From assembly GCA_040901675.1 (NCBI GenBank), contig JBBDYJ010000001.1, forward strand, positions 154,231 through 218,230: a stretch of DNA of 64,000 nucleotides. The letters run 5' to 3'. Positions 1 to 9,053 of this stretch are shown here, in pieces; position 1 is the stretch's first letter, and every line of letters begins with the position of its first letter. Both the position numbers and the translations under genes were made by a program. This DNA is from Pirellulales bacterium. Its GTDB lineage: Bacteria; Planctomycetota; Planctomycetia; Pirellulales; JAICIG01. The notes under the pieces are model-generated. The model had not been told where the DNA came from. It saw only the letters and a program-made list of their open reading frames with translations, and did no database searches.

Positions 1-19
1 GGCTGCGTGGTCGCTGGCA

Positions 20-1270
20 TTGATGGGACCAGAGGACGCCTTCGGCCAGCCGGCGGCACAGGAAGCCGGCCGGCCGGGCGTGGCACTGGTCCGGGCCGCA
101 AGGCAAGGCGATTTGCCCGAAGTTGCCCGCATCCTCGAGAAATATCCCGGCGCGGTCAATGCGCGGCCGCGGACCGGATCGAAGGGCCTCGAATCGCACT
201 ACGATCAGCGAACCGCATTGCACTGGGCCGCGGACCGCGATGACCAGGAAATGGTCCAGCTCCTGATCGCAAAAAAGGCCGACGTAAATCGGCCGGATGC
301 CGCGCTCCAGCGGCCGCTGCACCTGGTGACGAGCGCAGCCGTGGCCACGCTATTGATCGAGGCGGGAGCCGTTGTGGACGCCAAGGATCAATCGGGAAGG
401 CGGCCGCTCCACGCGGCGCGGTCCGCCGAAATCGCCGGCCTGCTCATCGAGCACGGTGCCGCGATCGACGCCAAGGCGGGCACGAGCGAAAAGACCCCTT
501 TGCACTTTGCCGCCGAGGCAGACCGCCTCGACGTGGCAACGCTGCTGATCGAGAAAGGGGCCAATGTCCACGCGCGGGACAGTAGCCAAAGAACGCCGCT
601 CCATGACGCCTGCCGCAACGGCAACCTGGGCCTGGCGGCCATGCTGATCGATCGCGGCGCCGATATCGGCGCGATGGACGGCGAAGGGGCCACGCCTCTT
701 TGGGTGGCTGTGGGAGGCGATACGCTGGGCAATCCGGTCGAAAAAGAGCATGCCCGGATCGTGAGGCTGCTGGTCGAACACGGAGCGTCGCTGGACGCCA
801 CGAGCGAGTCCGGCGAGACACTCCTGCACCTGGCCGCCCGCCATGGCCGCGTCGAGGTCGCGAGGTTTCTGATCGAATCAGGCCTGGACGTCAATGCGGC
901 CACCCAGAGTGGATTGACGCCGCTGCACTACGCCGCAGAAATGCCCGACGGAGGATGGCGCTTTGCCGGCGACGGATCGCGCGAGCTTGCCCTGGTCGAG
1001 CTGCTGATCGAGGCGGGTGCGGACGTCAACGCCGTGGCGACGGTGACGAAGGCCCGGGCTGTGAAGAGGGGGATTGCGGTCTCCACGGTTCCAGTGGAAA
1101 CAAAGGTCACTCCACTCAGGTATGCAACGGCGCTGGTCGAAATGCCGATAGTGCAGTTGTCCGGGCTCCCCGGCGAATCCGAAGAAATGGAGCGGAACGT
1201 CGAGACGACCAATCGGACCAAAAAGGCGATCGCCCGCGTCCTGCGGAAGCACGGCGGAAAGCTGCCGTGA
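20..1270 (+). CDS. Ankyrin-repeat protein (true start may lie upstream of the window)
   Basis: Repeated TPLHxAA...LLxxGAxVNA units (TALHWAA, TPLHFAA, TPLHDAC, TLLHLAA, TPLHYAA). Confidence 0.9.
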   Translation: MMGPEDAFGQPAAQEAGRPGVALVRAARQGDLPEVARILEKYPGAVNARPRTGSKGLESHYDQRTALHWAADRDDQEMVQLLIAKKADVNRPDAALQRPLHLVTSAAVATLLIEAGAVVDAKDQSGRRPLHAARSAEIAGLLIEHGAAIDAKAGTSEKTPLHFAAEADRLDVATLLIEKGANVHARDSSQRTPLHDACRNGNLGLAAMLIDRGADIGAMDGEGATPLWVAVGGDTLGNPVEKEHARIVRLLVEHGASLDATSESGETLLHLAARHGRVEVARFLIESGLDVNAATQSGLTPLHYAAEMPDGGWRFAGDGSRELALVELLIEAGADVNAVATVTKARAVKRGIAVSTVPVETKVTPLRYATALVEMPIVQLSGLPGESEEMERNVETTNRTKKAIARVLRKHGGKLP

Positions 1271-1278
1271 CTCGAGAA

Positions 1279-1320
1279 CTGGCGCATCCCGGCGCGCCGG
1301 GACTTTGCCGCCAGCCAGCC
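1279..1320 (-). repeat. REP-like palindromic element, same family as copies at 3472-3705 and 7092-7123
   Basis: CTGGCGCA-(TCCCGGCGCGCCGGGA palindrome)-CTTTGCCGCCAGCCAGCC between convergent genes. Confidence 0.55.
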
Positions 1321-1369
1321 GCCAAGGGCATGGAACGAAGCGGCCTGGCCTGCCGGAGGCACGGGCGAA

Positions 1370-3244
1370 CTAGTTAGCCGCTTCGTCTGCCTGCTGCCGC
1401 AATTCCGCAATGAGTGTCTGCAACACGTCCGCGGGGATAGCCAGCGTTCTCGTCGTATCCGCGCGGGCGATATTCAGACCGACTACCCGTCCGGCCAAAT
1501 CGACCACCGGGCCGCCGCACTGCTCGGGACGCAAGCAACCGTCGTGCGCAAACACGATCGGGAATCCTTCGCGACGCAGGCTCCTGGGATTGGAGTGCCA
1601 GTCTAGCGCGCCTTCGTTCCCCGAATGGATTTTGGGAATCCGAATCGTCAGTTTCTCGAATCCCCGGCGAATGCCGATGCTGACCCAATCGCCGGCGAAC
1701 GAGCCCGGCGCCGGAGCATTGTAGTCCACCTCCTCCCCGTCCGCGCAAGCGGCATACAGCAGGCGGTCCATCGCATTGCCGAATTCCTTGATGGTCGGCG
1801 TCTCGATGCCATTCAGGTGCGTAACCACGTCTCCTGGCTGGAACAACTCTCTGTAGGCGTCGAATTCGGCGTTCGCCCAGCCGGCTTTTTTCACGATGGG
1901 CGCTCCCGCCTCGCCGGGTTCGACACTGAGCGGGATTTGCGGGATGTCATTTGGTCTGGCTGGCTCAGCGCATTCGTTGGCGCTCACGACGGCGAATTGG
2001 AGCGGTCCGGCAGACCGCCCAAGCGGCGAGGAAACGATCGTCCCGACGGCGGGGCGGTTCGCGGACCACGGCGCAACTGGCAAATTCTGCACATCCACTT
2101 TCATCAGCGCCAAGTCGTGCTCCGCCGACGTGGCGACGACTTGTCCTTTGACGATGGCCTCGTCCACGACGTAGAACAGGCGACAGGACCATTCTCGGCG
2201 GCTGCCGAGCAGCGACGCTTTCGTAACCGCCAATCCATTGGCATCGACAATCAGGCCGGCGGCGATTTCGTGTGGTCCATCCATGATTCGGATCATGCTG
2301 TTGCCGACCTGCAAGACTTGATCCTCCAGATCGGCCGCGGGGATAAACGCCGCTGGTTGAGCAGGGCGAGCCCTCGAGGCCCGGATCACCTTCTTCGCGG
2401 CGGCGGAAACGAGTTCTCCTGACTCCAGTCGTTCGCGAAACTCCTTGAACGGAGACAGCGACTGATAACGTGCCGGCCCAACACTATCTCCACCGCTGGC
2501 GATTCCCACAATCCGCCCGGCGAGATCAAACAGCGGTCCGCCCGAGTCGCCGACACCGATGGCGGTTGTCGTTTCCAGCCAGGGCAAGCCGGAGAAGCTG
2601 GGGGTGACGCGGCCGACCCTGAGCAGCGGGGGGCTGCCTGGACGAAGTGTTGAGGGGTACCCAATTGCCAGGCACGCTTGACCTTCGACCGATAGTTCAC
2701 CGTCATCGACCGTTGCCGCCGGCCATTCGCCGGGCTCGGTAATCCTGGCGAGTCCGAGGTCGGGGCCAAAGTGCATCGGCCGCGGATCGTTGCGGCGGAA
2801 ACGCCCCAATAAACTTCCCGCCACTCGCTTCCCGTCCGCCAGTTCGACCGTCACGCTGGTTCCCGGAGCCATGCCATGGTGCGAACATGTGAGGATCAAA
2901 CCCGAGGTGTCGACGAGCACGCCGCTATAGCAGCCCCGGAGTGGAAGCCCGTGCCCATCAAACGCCGCGCCATGTTCGTCTTGTGGCCAGAGGCGGACGA
3001 CGCTGGGAGCGAGCTTGGCATACGCTTTCTTGATATCGGCTTCGAACTCCAAAGCCTTATCGGCGGAAAGGACACGAACAGGATCGATGACATTGATGCT
3101 GAGCTTGGTCTCACCGACGCCAGGCAGTTCATCTCCGGCTGCTCCACCGCCGAAACAGAGTGCGGCAGTCACGGAGAGTCCGGCAATCGGGACCCATGTT
3201 GCCCAATTCAATCGATGCCGACGGCGCGTGTTCACGCTAGTCAT
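1370..3244 (-). CDS. Exported trypsin-like (HtrA/S1C-type) serine protease with a second degenerate protease domain and PDZ-like insert
   Basis: Signal-peptide-like N-terminus; TCSHH / PDLGL / GDSGGP triad motifs; second domain TKAS / HDLAL / QCGGP. Confidence 0.8.
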   Translation of the reverse strand: MTSVNTRRRHRLNWATWVPIAGLSVTAALCFGGGAAGDELPGVGETKLSINVIDPVRVLSADKALEFEADIKKAYAKLAPSVVRLWPQDEHGAAFDGHGLPLRGCYSGVLVDTSGLILTCSHHGMAPGTSVTVELADGKRVAGSLLGRFRRNDPRPMHFGPDLGLARITEPGEWPAATVDDGELSVEGQACLAIGYPSTLRPGSPPLLRVGRVTPSFSGLPWLETTTAIGVGDSGGPLFDLAGRIVGIASGGDSVGPARYQSLSPFKEFRERLESGELVSAAAKKVIRASRARPAQPAAFIPAADLEDQVLQVGNSMIRIMDGPHEIAAGLIVDANGLAVTKASLLGSRREWSCRLFYVVDEAIVKGQVVATSAEHDLALMKVDVQNLPVAPWSANRPAVGTIVSSPLGRSAGPLQFAVVSANECAEPARPNDIPQIPLSVEPGEAGAPIVKKAGWANAEFDAYRELFQPGDVVTHLNGIETPTIKEFGNAMDRLLYAACADGEEVDYNAPAPGSFAGDWVSIGIRRGFEKLTIRIPKIHSGNEGALDWHSNPRSLRREGFPIVFAHDGCLRPEQCGGPVVDLAGRVVGLNIARADTTRTLAIPADVLQTLIAELRQQADEAAN

Positions 3245-3410
3245 TCTACCAGATGGCAGTGGCCAAAGCCCATCAATGGGCAGAGGCTCGAAGGACCGTT
3301 AGGTATTGCTCGGCAAGTCCTTCGGCGTGCCCCTGTCGGACTGAAACGGCCGGGCCAAATCGGTCGATCGATGGAAGCCATCGTCCATAGCGCTGCCGAC
3401 TTTGAGAATG

Positions 3411-3468
3411 ACCTCTCGGACCTCTGACTTCTGACCTCTGACCTCTGACCTCTGACTTCTGACCTCTG
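3411..3468. repeat. Heptamer tandem repeat (TCTGACC/TCTGACT)n
   Basis: ctctgacttctgacctctgacctctgacctctgacttctgacctctg seen directly. Confidence 0.9.
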
Positions 3469-3471
3469 GTC

Positions 3472-3705
3472 CTGGGGCACGCTGACGCTTTGCCGCCAGC
3501 CACCCGGATGAACGACAAGGGGACATAGGGACAAGGCGACAAGGGGAACGCGGCGGGATACGAAACGAGGACTGGGGCACGCTACCGCTTTGCCGCCAGC
3601 CAGCCGGATGAATGACAAGGGGACCAGGGGACAAGGCGACAAGGGGAACGCGGGGGGATACGAAACGAAGACTGGGGCACGCTAACGCTTTGCCACCAGC
3701 CACCC
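3472..3705. repeat. Tandem array with 100-bp period (about 2.3 copies) of REP-like units
   Basis: CTGGGGCACGCT..CGCTTTGCC(G/A)CCAGCCA starts at 3472, 3572 and 3672; spacers contain GACAAGGG-type octamer repeats. Confidence 0.9.
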
Positions 3706-3762
3706 ACGCCCCACCGGCCACACGGCCAGAACTCTGGCGAGTTCTGCTACGTTCCTTACGAA

Positions 3763-4623
3763 CTACGAAGCGCGGGTGAGGCGCCCGAATCGCTCGATCA
3801 GGTCGCGGGTGATGGGGCCGGGCTTGCCGGCGCCGATGGTGCGGCTGTCGACCTTGACCACGGGAATCACCTCGGCCGCCGTGCCGGTCAAAAAGCACTC
3901 GTCCGCTATGTAGACGTCGTGCTTGCTCAGCGGGATCTCGCGGACCTCCAGCTTCGCCTGGCCGGCTAGCTCGATCACCGCCTGCCGCGTCACCCCTTCC
4001 AGAATCCCAGCGTCGATCGGCGGCGTTAACAGCACGCCGTCGCGCACAAGAAAAATATTGTCGCCCGTGCACTCGGCCACCTCGCCCTTGACGTTCAGCA
4101 TCAAGGCCTCGATGCAGCCGGCCTGCAAGCCTTCGATCTTGGCCAGGATGTTGTTCAGGTAATTCAGCGACTTGATCCGCGGGCTCAAGGCCGCCGGGTG
4201 GTTGCGCATCGTGCTGACGGTGATGATCTCCAGGCCGCGCTCGTACAGCTCGCGCGGATAGAGCGAGATGTGGTCGGTGATGATGATCACCTGCGGGTCG
4301 CTGGTCCGGTTCGGGTCGAGCCCCAGTGTGCCCGCCCCGCGCGTCACGATCAGCCGGATGTAGCCATCGGCGATCTGGTTGGCGGCCAGCGTGTCGTGGA
4401 TCGCCTTGGCCAGGGCCTCGCGGGCGATCGGGATCGTGAGCCAGATGGCCTTGGCCGAATGCCAGAGGCGGTCGAGATGCTGCTCCAGGCGGAAGACGCG
4501 GCCGCCGTAGCTGCGGATGCCCTCGAACACGCCGTCGCCGTACAACAGGCCGTGATCGTAGACGCTGATCTTGGCGTCTTCCTTGTCGTACAGCTTGCCG
4601 GCGATGTAGACCTTAAACGACAT
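3763..4623 (-). CDS. ilvE: Branched-chain amino acid aminotransferase
   Basis: DHGLLYGDGVFEGIR, KSLNYLNNI, ECTGDNIF, ILEGVTR, FLTGTAAEVIPV motifs. Confidence 0.95.
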   Translation of the reverse strand: MSFKVYIAGKLYDKEDAKISVYDHGLLYGDGVFEGIRSYGGRVFRLEQHLDRLWHSAKAIWLTIPIAREALAKAIHDTLAANQIADGYIRLIVTRGAGTLGLDPNRTSDPQVIIITDHISLYPRELYERGLEIITVSTMRNHPAALSPRIKSLNYLNNILAKIEGLQAGCIEALMLNVKGEVAECTGDNIFLVRDGVLLTPPIDAGILEGVTRQAVIELAGQAKLEVREIPLSKHDVYIADECFLTGTAAEVIPVVKVDSRTIGAGKPGPITRDLIERFGRLTRAS

Positions 4624-4665
4624 GGGTTCGACCGATGAGCTTGACCGAGAAAAATCGTCTCCGGC

Positions 4666-5466
4666 CTAGGCGCTGTGAACCTGCCCTTCGACGAGCCGCA
4701 CCACCCGGTCGGCCTGCTGGGCCAGCGCCGGATCGTGCGTCACCATGACTATAGTGAGATTCTGCTGGCGGTTCAAGTTGCGCAGCAGCCGCATGATCTC
4801 GTCGCCGGTGGCACGATCCAGATTGCCGGTCGGTTCGTCGGCCAAGAGCACGCTCGGTCCGGCGATCAGCGCCCGGGCGATGGCCGCCCGCTGCATCTCG
4901 CCGCCCGACATTTCCCGCGGCTTGTGCTTGAGCCGGTGGCCCAGGCCGGCCGTCTCCAGCAGCGCCTTGGCGGCCGCCACGTGCTCGCCGCGGCGGCGGC
5001 GGTAGCTCCAGACTCCTTCGGCGATCATCAGCGGCGTCAGGACGTTTTCCAGCGCGGTCAGCTCCGGCAGCAGGTGATAGAACTGGAAGATCATGCCGAA
5101 ACGGCGATTGCGCAGGGCATCGCGGCGGGCGCCGGCCAGGTTGTCGATCCGCTGGCCCTCGAAGCGGACCTGCCCGGCATCCGGAGCGTCGAGCGTGCCC
5201 AGCACGTGCAACAGCGTGCTCTTGCCCGACCCGCTCTGGCCGACAATCGCCAGCAGCTCTCCCCGGCGGACCGCCAGATCGACGCCGCGCAGCACGGGAA
5301 TCGCCACCTGCCCCTTGCGGTAGCTCTTTTCCAAGCCGATCGATTCCAATTGCGCGCCCGGCTTTCCGGCCGCGGTGGCGGCGGCTGGGGCGTGCGGCCC
5401 CGCAGCGGCTCCCTGGGACGGACGCCGGCGGAGCGCCTGGGCCGACTCGACAACGGGCTTACTCAT
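4666..5466 (-). CDS. lolD: Lipoprotein-releasing ABC transporter ATP-binding subunit (LolD-like)
   Basis: GQSGSGKST, MSGGEMQR, LLADEPTGNLD; follows a LolE-like permease gene. Confidence 0.85.
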   Translation of the reverse strand: MSKPVVESAQALRRRPSQGAAAGPHAPAAATAAGKPGAQLESIGLEKSYRKGQVAIPVLRGVDLAVRRGELLAIVGQSGSGKSTLLHVLGTLDAPDAGQVRFEGQRIDNLAGARRDALRNRRFGMIFQFYHLLPELTALENVLTPLMIAEGVWSYRRRRGEHVAAAKALLETAGLGHRLKHKPREMSGGEMQRAAIARALIAGPSVLLADEPTGNLDRATGDEIMRLLRNLNRQQNLTIVMVTHDPALAQQADRVVRLVEGQVHSA

Positions 5467-7030
5467 AGCGCAGGGCCTCCACGGGGTGTAGACGGGCGGC
5501 ACGGCGTGCCGGCAGAACGCTGGCCAGGACGGCGATCGCCAGCGCTCCGCACACGATCCAGCCGACGGTGAACGGCTCGATGATCGTGGGAATCTTGTAG
5601 AAGTAGTAGATCGACGGGTCGAACACCTGGTGCCCCGTGATCATGCCCAGCAGGTCGGCGATCTCGTTGATGTAGACCACGAACAACAGGCCCAGCACCA
5701 TCCCCGCCCCCGAGCCGACCATGCCCAGCGAAAGGCCGTAAGCCAGGAAGATGCCCATGATCCCCCGCCCCGAGGCGCCCAGCGACTTGAGGATGCCGAT
5801 GTCGCGGGTCTTTTCGACCACGATCATGAAAAAGATGGCCAGGATGCCGAAGCCGGCCACCGCGATGATCAGGAACAACAGCACGTTCAGGATGGCCGTT
5901 TCCATCTGCACGGCGGCCAACAGCGGCCCCTGCTTGTCGCGCCAGGTCGATACGCCGTACAGCTCCGGCGGAAACGCTTGCCGCAGCTTGTCGCGGACCA
6001 GCGGGCCGTCGCGGTCGTCCTTGAGCTTGATCTGGATGCTGGTGGCATAGCCGATCTTGGTCGCCGGATCGATCATGCCCCGCAAGACTTGCAGCGTCTT
6101 GATCGGCACGAAGACGAAGCTGGCGTCGTACTCGCTCATCTTGCTCTCATAGAAATCGACGACCGTGAAGTCGCGGTCGACGGCCTTCGGCACCGGCGCG
6201 GCGGCCGTCGGGAACGTCAGCTTCACGTCGCTGCCCGGCAGCACCAGGAACCCCTCGTCTCCATCACGGTCGCGGTAGCTCGAAAGGGCGATGCCCAGCA
6301 CCAGCCCCGGATGCTGCTGGCTCACGGGATCGAACACGTCTTCCTGGCCATGCCGCGCGGCGAACGGATCGGGCGGGACCTCCTCGTCCTCGACGGGCAA
6401 GTCGGCTGCCGCATTGCCATCGCCCGGCAGATTGAGCTGCGGCGGCGGCACGCGCGAGCTGGAGTGCTTTCGCATCGCCTCGAAGGCCCGCTGGTGCTCG
6501 ACCCATTGCCGCCGGTGCTGCCAGCCCGCCTCGGCCATGGCCCGCCGCTCGGCCGCTTCGGGCCCTGCCTGGTGGTCGCGCGTGTCGTAGCCCCCCTCGC
6601 GCAGATCGAAGCTCAGTTGCCGGCGGTTGGCCGGGTGCTGCAGGTACTTGCTGAAGTCGCCCACGCGGCCCTGCGTCTCGGCGTCGATGCCGATCAGCGT
6701 CACGGCGCGGGTGACGTACTTGCCGCCGTACTCGAAGCTGAGCATGGCCGGCACGTGCACCGTGGGGGTCATGCCCGCGATGTAGTCGCCGGCCACGCGG
6801 CGGATTTCGGACATGTGCCAGTCGGGGTTGGGGAAGCCCTCCATGCTGTGCGATTCGAAGACCAGGTCGGAGAGGATGCCGTGGATGCGGCTTTGCATCT
6901 CGCTGCTGAAGCCCGACATCACGCTGTTGACCACGATCATCGTGGCCACGCCCAGGGTGACGCTCACGATCGACGCCAGCGCGATATAACGGGTGCGCAG
7001 ATAGCGCCAGCAGAGCAGGAACTTGTACAT
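5459..7030 (-). CDS. Lipoprotein-releasing ABC transporter permease (LolC/LolE, FtsX-like)
   Basis: LGVATMIVVNSVMSGF, VVEKTRDIGILKSLGA, PARRAARLHPVEALRYE. Confidence 0.9.
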   Translation of the reverse strand: MYKFLLCWRYLRTRYIALASIVSVTLGVATMIVVNSVMSGFSSEMQSRIHGILSDLVFESHSMEGFPNPDWHMSEIRRVAGDYIAGMTPTVHVPAMLSFEYGGKYVTRAVTLIGIDAETQGRVGDFSKYLQHPANRRQLSFDLREGGYDTRDHQAGPEAAERRAMAEAGWQHRRQWVEHQRAFEAMRKHSSSRVPPPQLNLPGDGNAAADLPVEDEEVPPDPFAARHGQEDVFDPVSQQHPGLVLGIALSSYRDRDGDEGFLVLPGSDVKLTFPTAAAPVPKAVDRDFTVVDFYESKMSEYDASFVFVPIKTLQVLRGMIDPATKIGYATSIQIKLKDDRDGPLVRDKLRQAFPPELYGVSTWRDKQGPLLAAVQMETAILNVLLFLIIAVAGFGILAIFFMIVVEKTRDIGILKSLGASGRGIMGIFLAYGLSLGMVGSGAGMVLGLLFVVYINEIADLLGMITGHQVFDPSIYYFYKIPTIIEPFTVGWIVCGALAIAVLASVLPARRAARLHPVEALRYE

Positions 7031-7059
7031 GAAACCATCCTTGGTCGAAAAGCTTCCTT

Positions 7060-7214
7060 ATTGGTCATTGGTCATTGGTCATTAAAGTTCACTGGGGCAT
7101 GCTTAGCGGTTTGCCCCAGCTACCAGCGCTCTGACTTCTGACTGGGCTGAAAGTCCGCCGCAGGCGGAACCAATGACAAATGACCAATGACCAATGACAA
7201 ATGACCTCTGACTC
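7060..7214. repeat. Inverted STRR-like heptamer arrays flanking a GTAG-type REP
   Basis: (TTGGTCA)3 at 7060-7083; complementary (CAATGAC/AAATGAC) run at about 7170-7206; REP on minus strand GTAG-CTGGGGCA...TGCCCCAG at 7092-7123. Confidence 0.85.
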
Positions 7215-8861
7215 TTACTCCGGGCGCAACAGGGGGAACAGAATCACATCGCGGATGCTCTGGCTATTGGTCAACAACATCACCAGGCGGTCGACGCCCA
7301 CTCCCAGGCCGCCGGCGGGCGGCATGCCGTGCCGCAGGGCCCGCAAAAAGTCGTGATCGAGCCTGGCCATCGAGTCCTCCTCGCGCTGACCGGCCAACTG
7401 GGTGCGGAACAACTGCTCCTGCAGGTCCGGGTCGTTCAGCTCCGTATAGGCGTTGGCGACTTCCATCCCCTGGACGAACAGCTCGAACCGCTCGGCCACG
7501 GCCGGGTTATCGCGCTTGCGCTTGGTGAGCGGGCAGATGCTGGCCGGGTAATCGATCACAAACAGCGGCCCCAACAGTTGGTCTTCAACCCGCTCCTCAA
7601 AAACTTCGTTCTTCAGCAGGTCGGGGTGCTTGCCCGCGGTGTCGAAGCCGATCTCGGCCGCCAGGGCACGGATGCCCGCCTCGTCGTCGGGCGCAACCCC
7701 CGTGTGCTCGGCAAACAACTCGTCGTACGTCCGGCGGGCAAACGGCGGGGTGAAGTCGATCACCCGGTCGCCCCACTGCAGCTCGGGGCTGCGGCCGATC
7801 GCCCGGATCGCGCCGACGATCAGCTTCTCCATCAGGTCCATCATCGTGCCGTAGTCGCCATAGGCCTGGTAGACCTCGAGCATCGTGAACTCGGGATTGT
7901 GCCGGGGGCTGAACCCTTCGTTGCGATAGACGCGGCCCAGCTCGTACACGCGCTCCATGCCGCCGACCAGCAGCCGCTTCAAGTGCAGCTCCAGGGCGAT
8001 CCGCAGGTACAAGGGGATGTCGAGCGCATTGTGGTGCGTCAAAAAGGGGCGGGCGGCGGCGCCGCCGGCAATCGAGTGCAGCGTGGGACCTTCGATCTCC
8101 ACGAATCGCTCGCGGGCCAGCGTGTCGCGGAACGACTGCACGAGCCGGGCGCGGGCCAGGAACTTGTCCAGCACGCCCTCGGTATAGATCAGGTCGAGAT
8201 AACGCATCCGCTGCCGCAACTCGGGGTCCGCCAGGCCGTGGTGCTTGTCGGGGTGCGGCACGATCGACTTGGTCAGAAAGTGCAGCTTCTCGACGAAGAT
8301 CGTCAGCTCGCCGGTGTTGGTCCGCTTCAATTCGCCGTCGGCTCCGACGATGTCGCCCAAATCGAGGCATTCCGCCAGGGCCCAAGCCTGCTCGCCCACC
8401 TGGCCGCGGCCGATAAACAGTTGGACCTGCCCGCTGGCGTCGCGGATATCGGTAAAGATCAACTTGCCCTTCTTGCGCATGAGCACGATCCGCCCCGCCG
8501 CCCTGACGCGCGGGCCGTGCTGCTGGCCGCGTTGGCGCTGCCCCTCGGCCGCCGCCGGGGCCTCGTCGACCACGATCTCGTTTTCGCGGGCCCGAATTTC
8601 GCCGATCGGTTGCGTGCCGTCGAATCGCTGCCCCCAGGGATCGATTCCCAGTTGCTCTATGCGCCGCAGCTTTTCACGCCGGGCCGCTTCGTGGACGCCC
8701 GCCGATTCCTGCGGTTCGTCGTCCGGAGGTGGGGCGGGGGGTTCCGTCATGGGCTGACTGGTCTGCGGCTGTCCTGGTGGGGCGCCTGCGCCGTCGCCGC
8801 CGCGGGGCGGCCGCGAACCTGGCTGGCGGACTGGACCAGACAAGGCTGGTTCGGCTGGCAT
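7215..8861 (-). CDS. lysS: Lysine--tRNA ligase, class II (start may be 8750)
   Basis: RQRMRYLDL, GGAAARPFLTHHNAL, YLRIALELHLKRL, YRNEG, HGMPPAGGLGVGVDRL. Confidence 0.97.
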   Translation of the reverse strand: MPAEPALSGPVRQPGSRPPRGGDGAGAPPGQPQTSQPMTEPPAPPPDDEPQESAGVHEAARREKLRRIEQLGIDPWGQRFDGTQPIGEIRARENEIVVDEAPAAAEGQRQRGQQHGPRVRAAGRIVLMRKKGKLIFTDIRDASGQVQLFIGRGQVGEQAWALAECLDLGDIVGADGELKRTNTGELTIFVEKLHFLTKSIVPHPDKHHGLADPELRQRMRYLDLIYTEGVLDKFLARARLVQSFRDTLARERFVEIEGPTLHSIAGGAAARPFLTHHNALDIPLYLRIALELHLKRLLVGGMERVYELGRVYRNEGFSPRHNPEFTMLEVYQAYGDYGTMMDLMEKLIVGAIRAIGRSPELQWGDRVIDFTPPFARRTYDELFAEHTGVAPDDEAGIRALAAEIGFDTAGKHPDLLKNEVFEERVEDQLLGPLFVIDYPASICPLTKRKRDNPAVAERFELFVQGMEVANAYTELNDPDLQEQLFRTQLAGQREEDSMARLDHDFLRALRHGMPPAGGLGVGVDRLVMLLTNSQSIRDVILFPLLRPE

Positions 8862-8969
8862 GCGATCCTCAATAACTTCAACGGTCGCAACATTTTAGTT
8901 AGATCGCCAACCCGGTCAATGTCAGCCCGTTCCGCCCCAACTCCGTGCCCTCGCTCGTCATATTCGTTC

Positions 8970-9020
8970 GTGGGACGGGCTTCCTAGCCCGTCTTAAACG
9001 GCCTGGGAAGGCCGTCCTAC
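8970..9020. repeat. Inverted REP doublet (REPIN-like)
   Basis: GTGG-GACGGGCT-TCCT-AGCCCGTC on plus and GTAG-GACGGCCT-TCCC-AGGCCGT on minus. Confidence 0.8.
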
Positions 9021-9053
9021 ATACTCATCCATCCACACCGTTGATGTAGGGCA

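Noticed and set aside
3472..3705. Possible CRISPR array
   Set aside because: Spacers are near-identical, the period is 100 bp, there are only three units and no cas genes; a REP array fits better.
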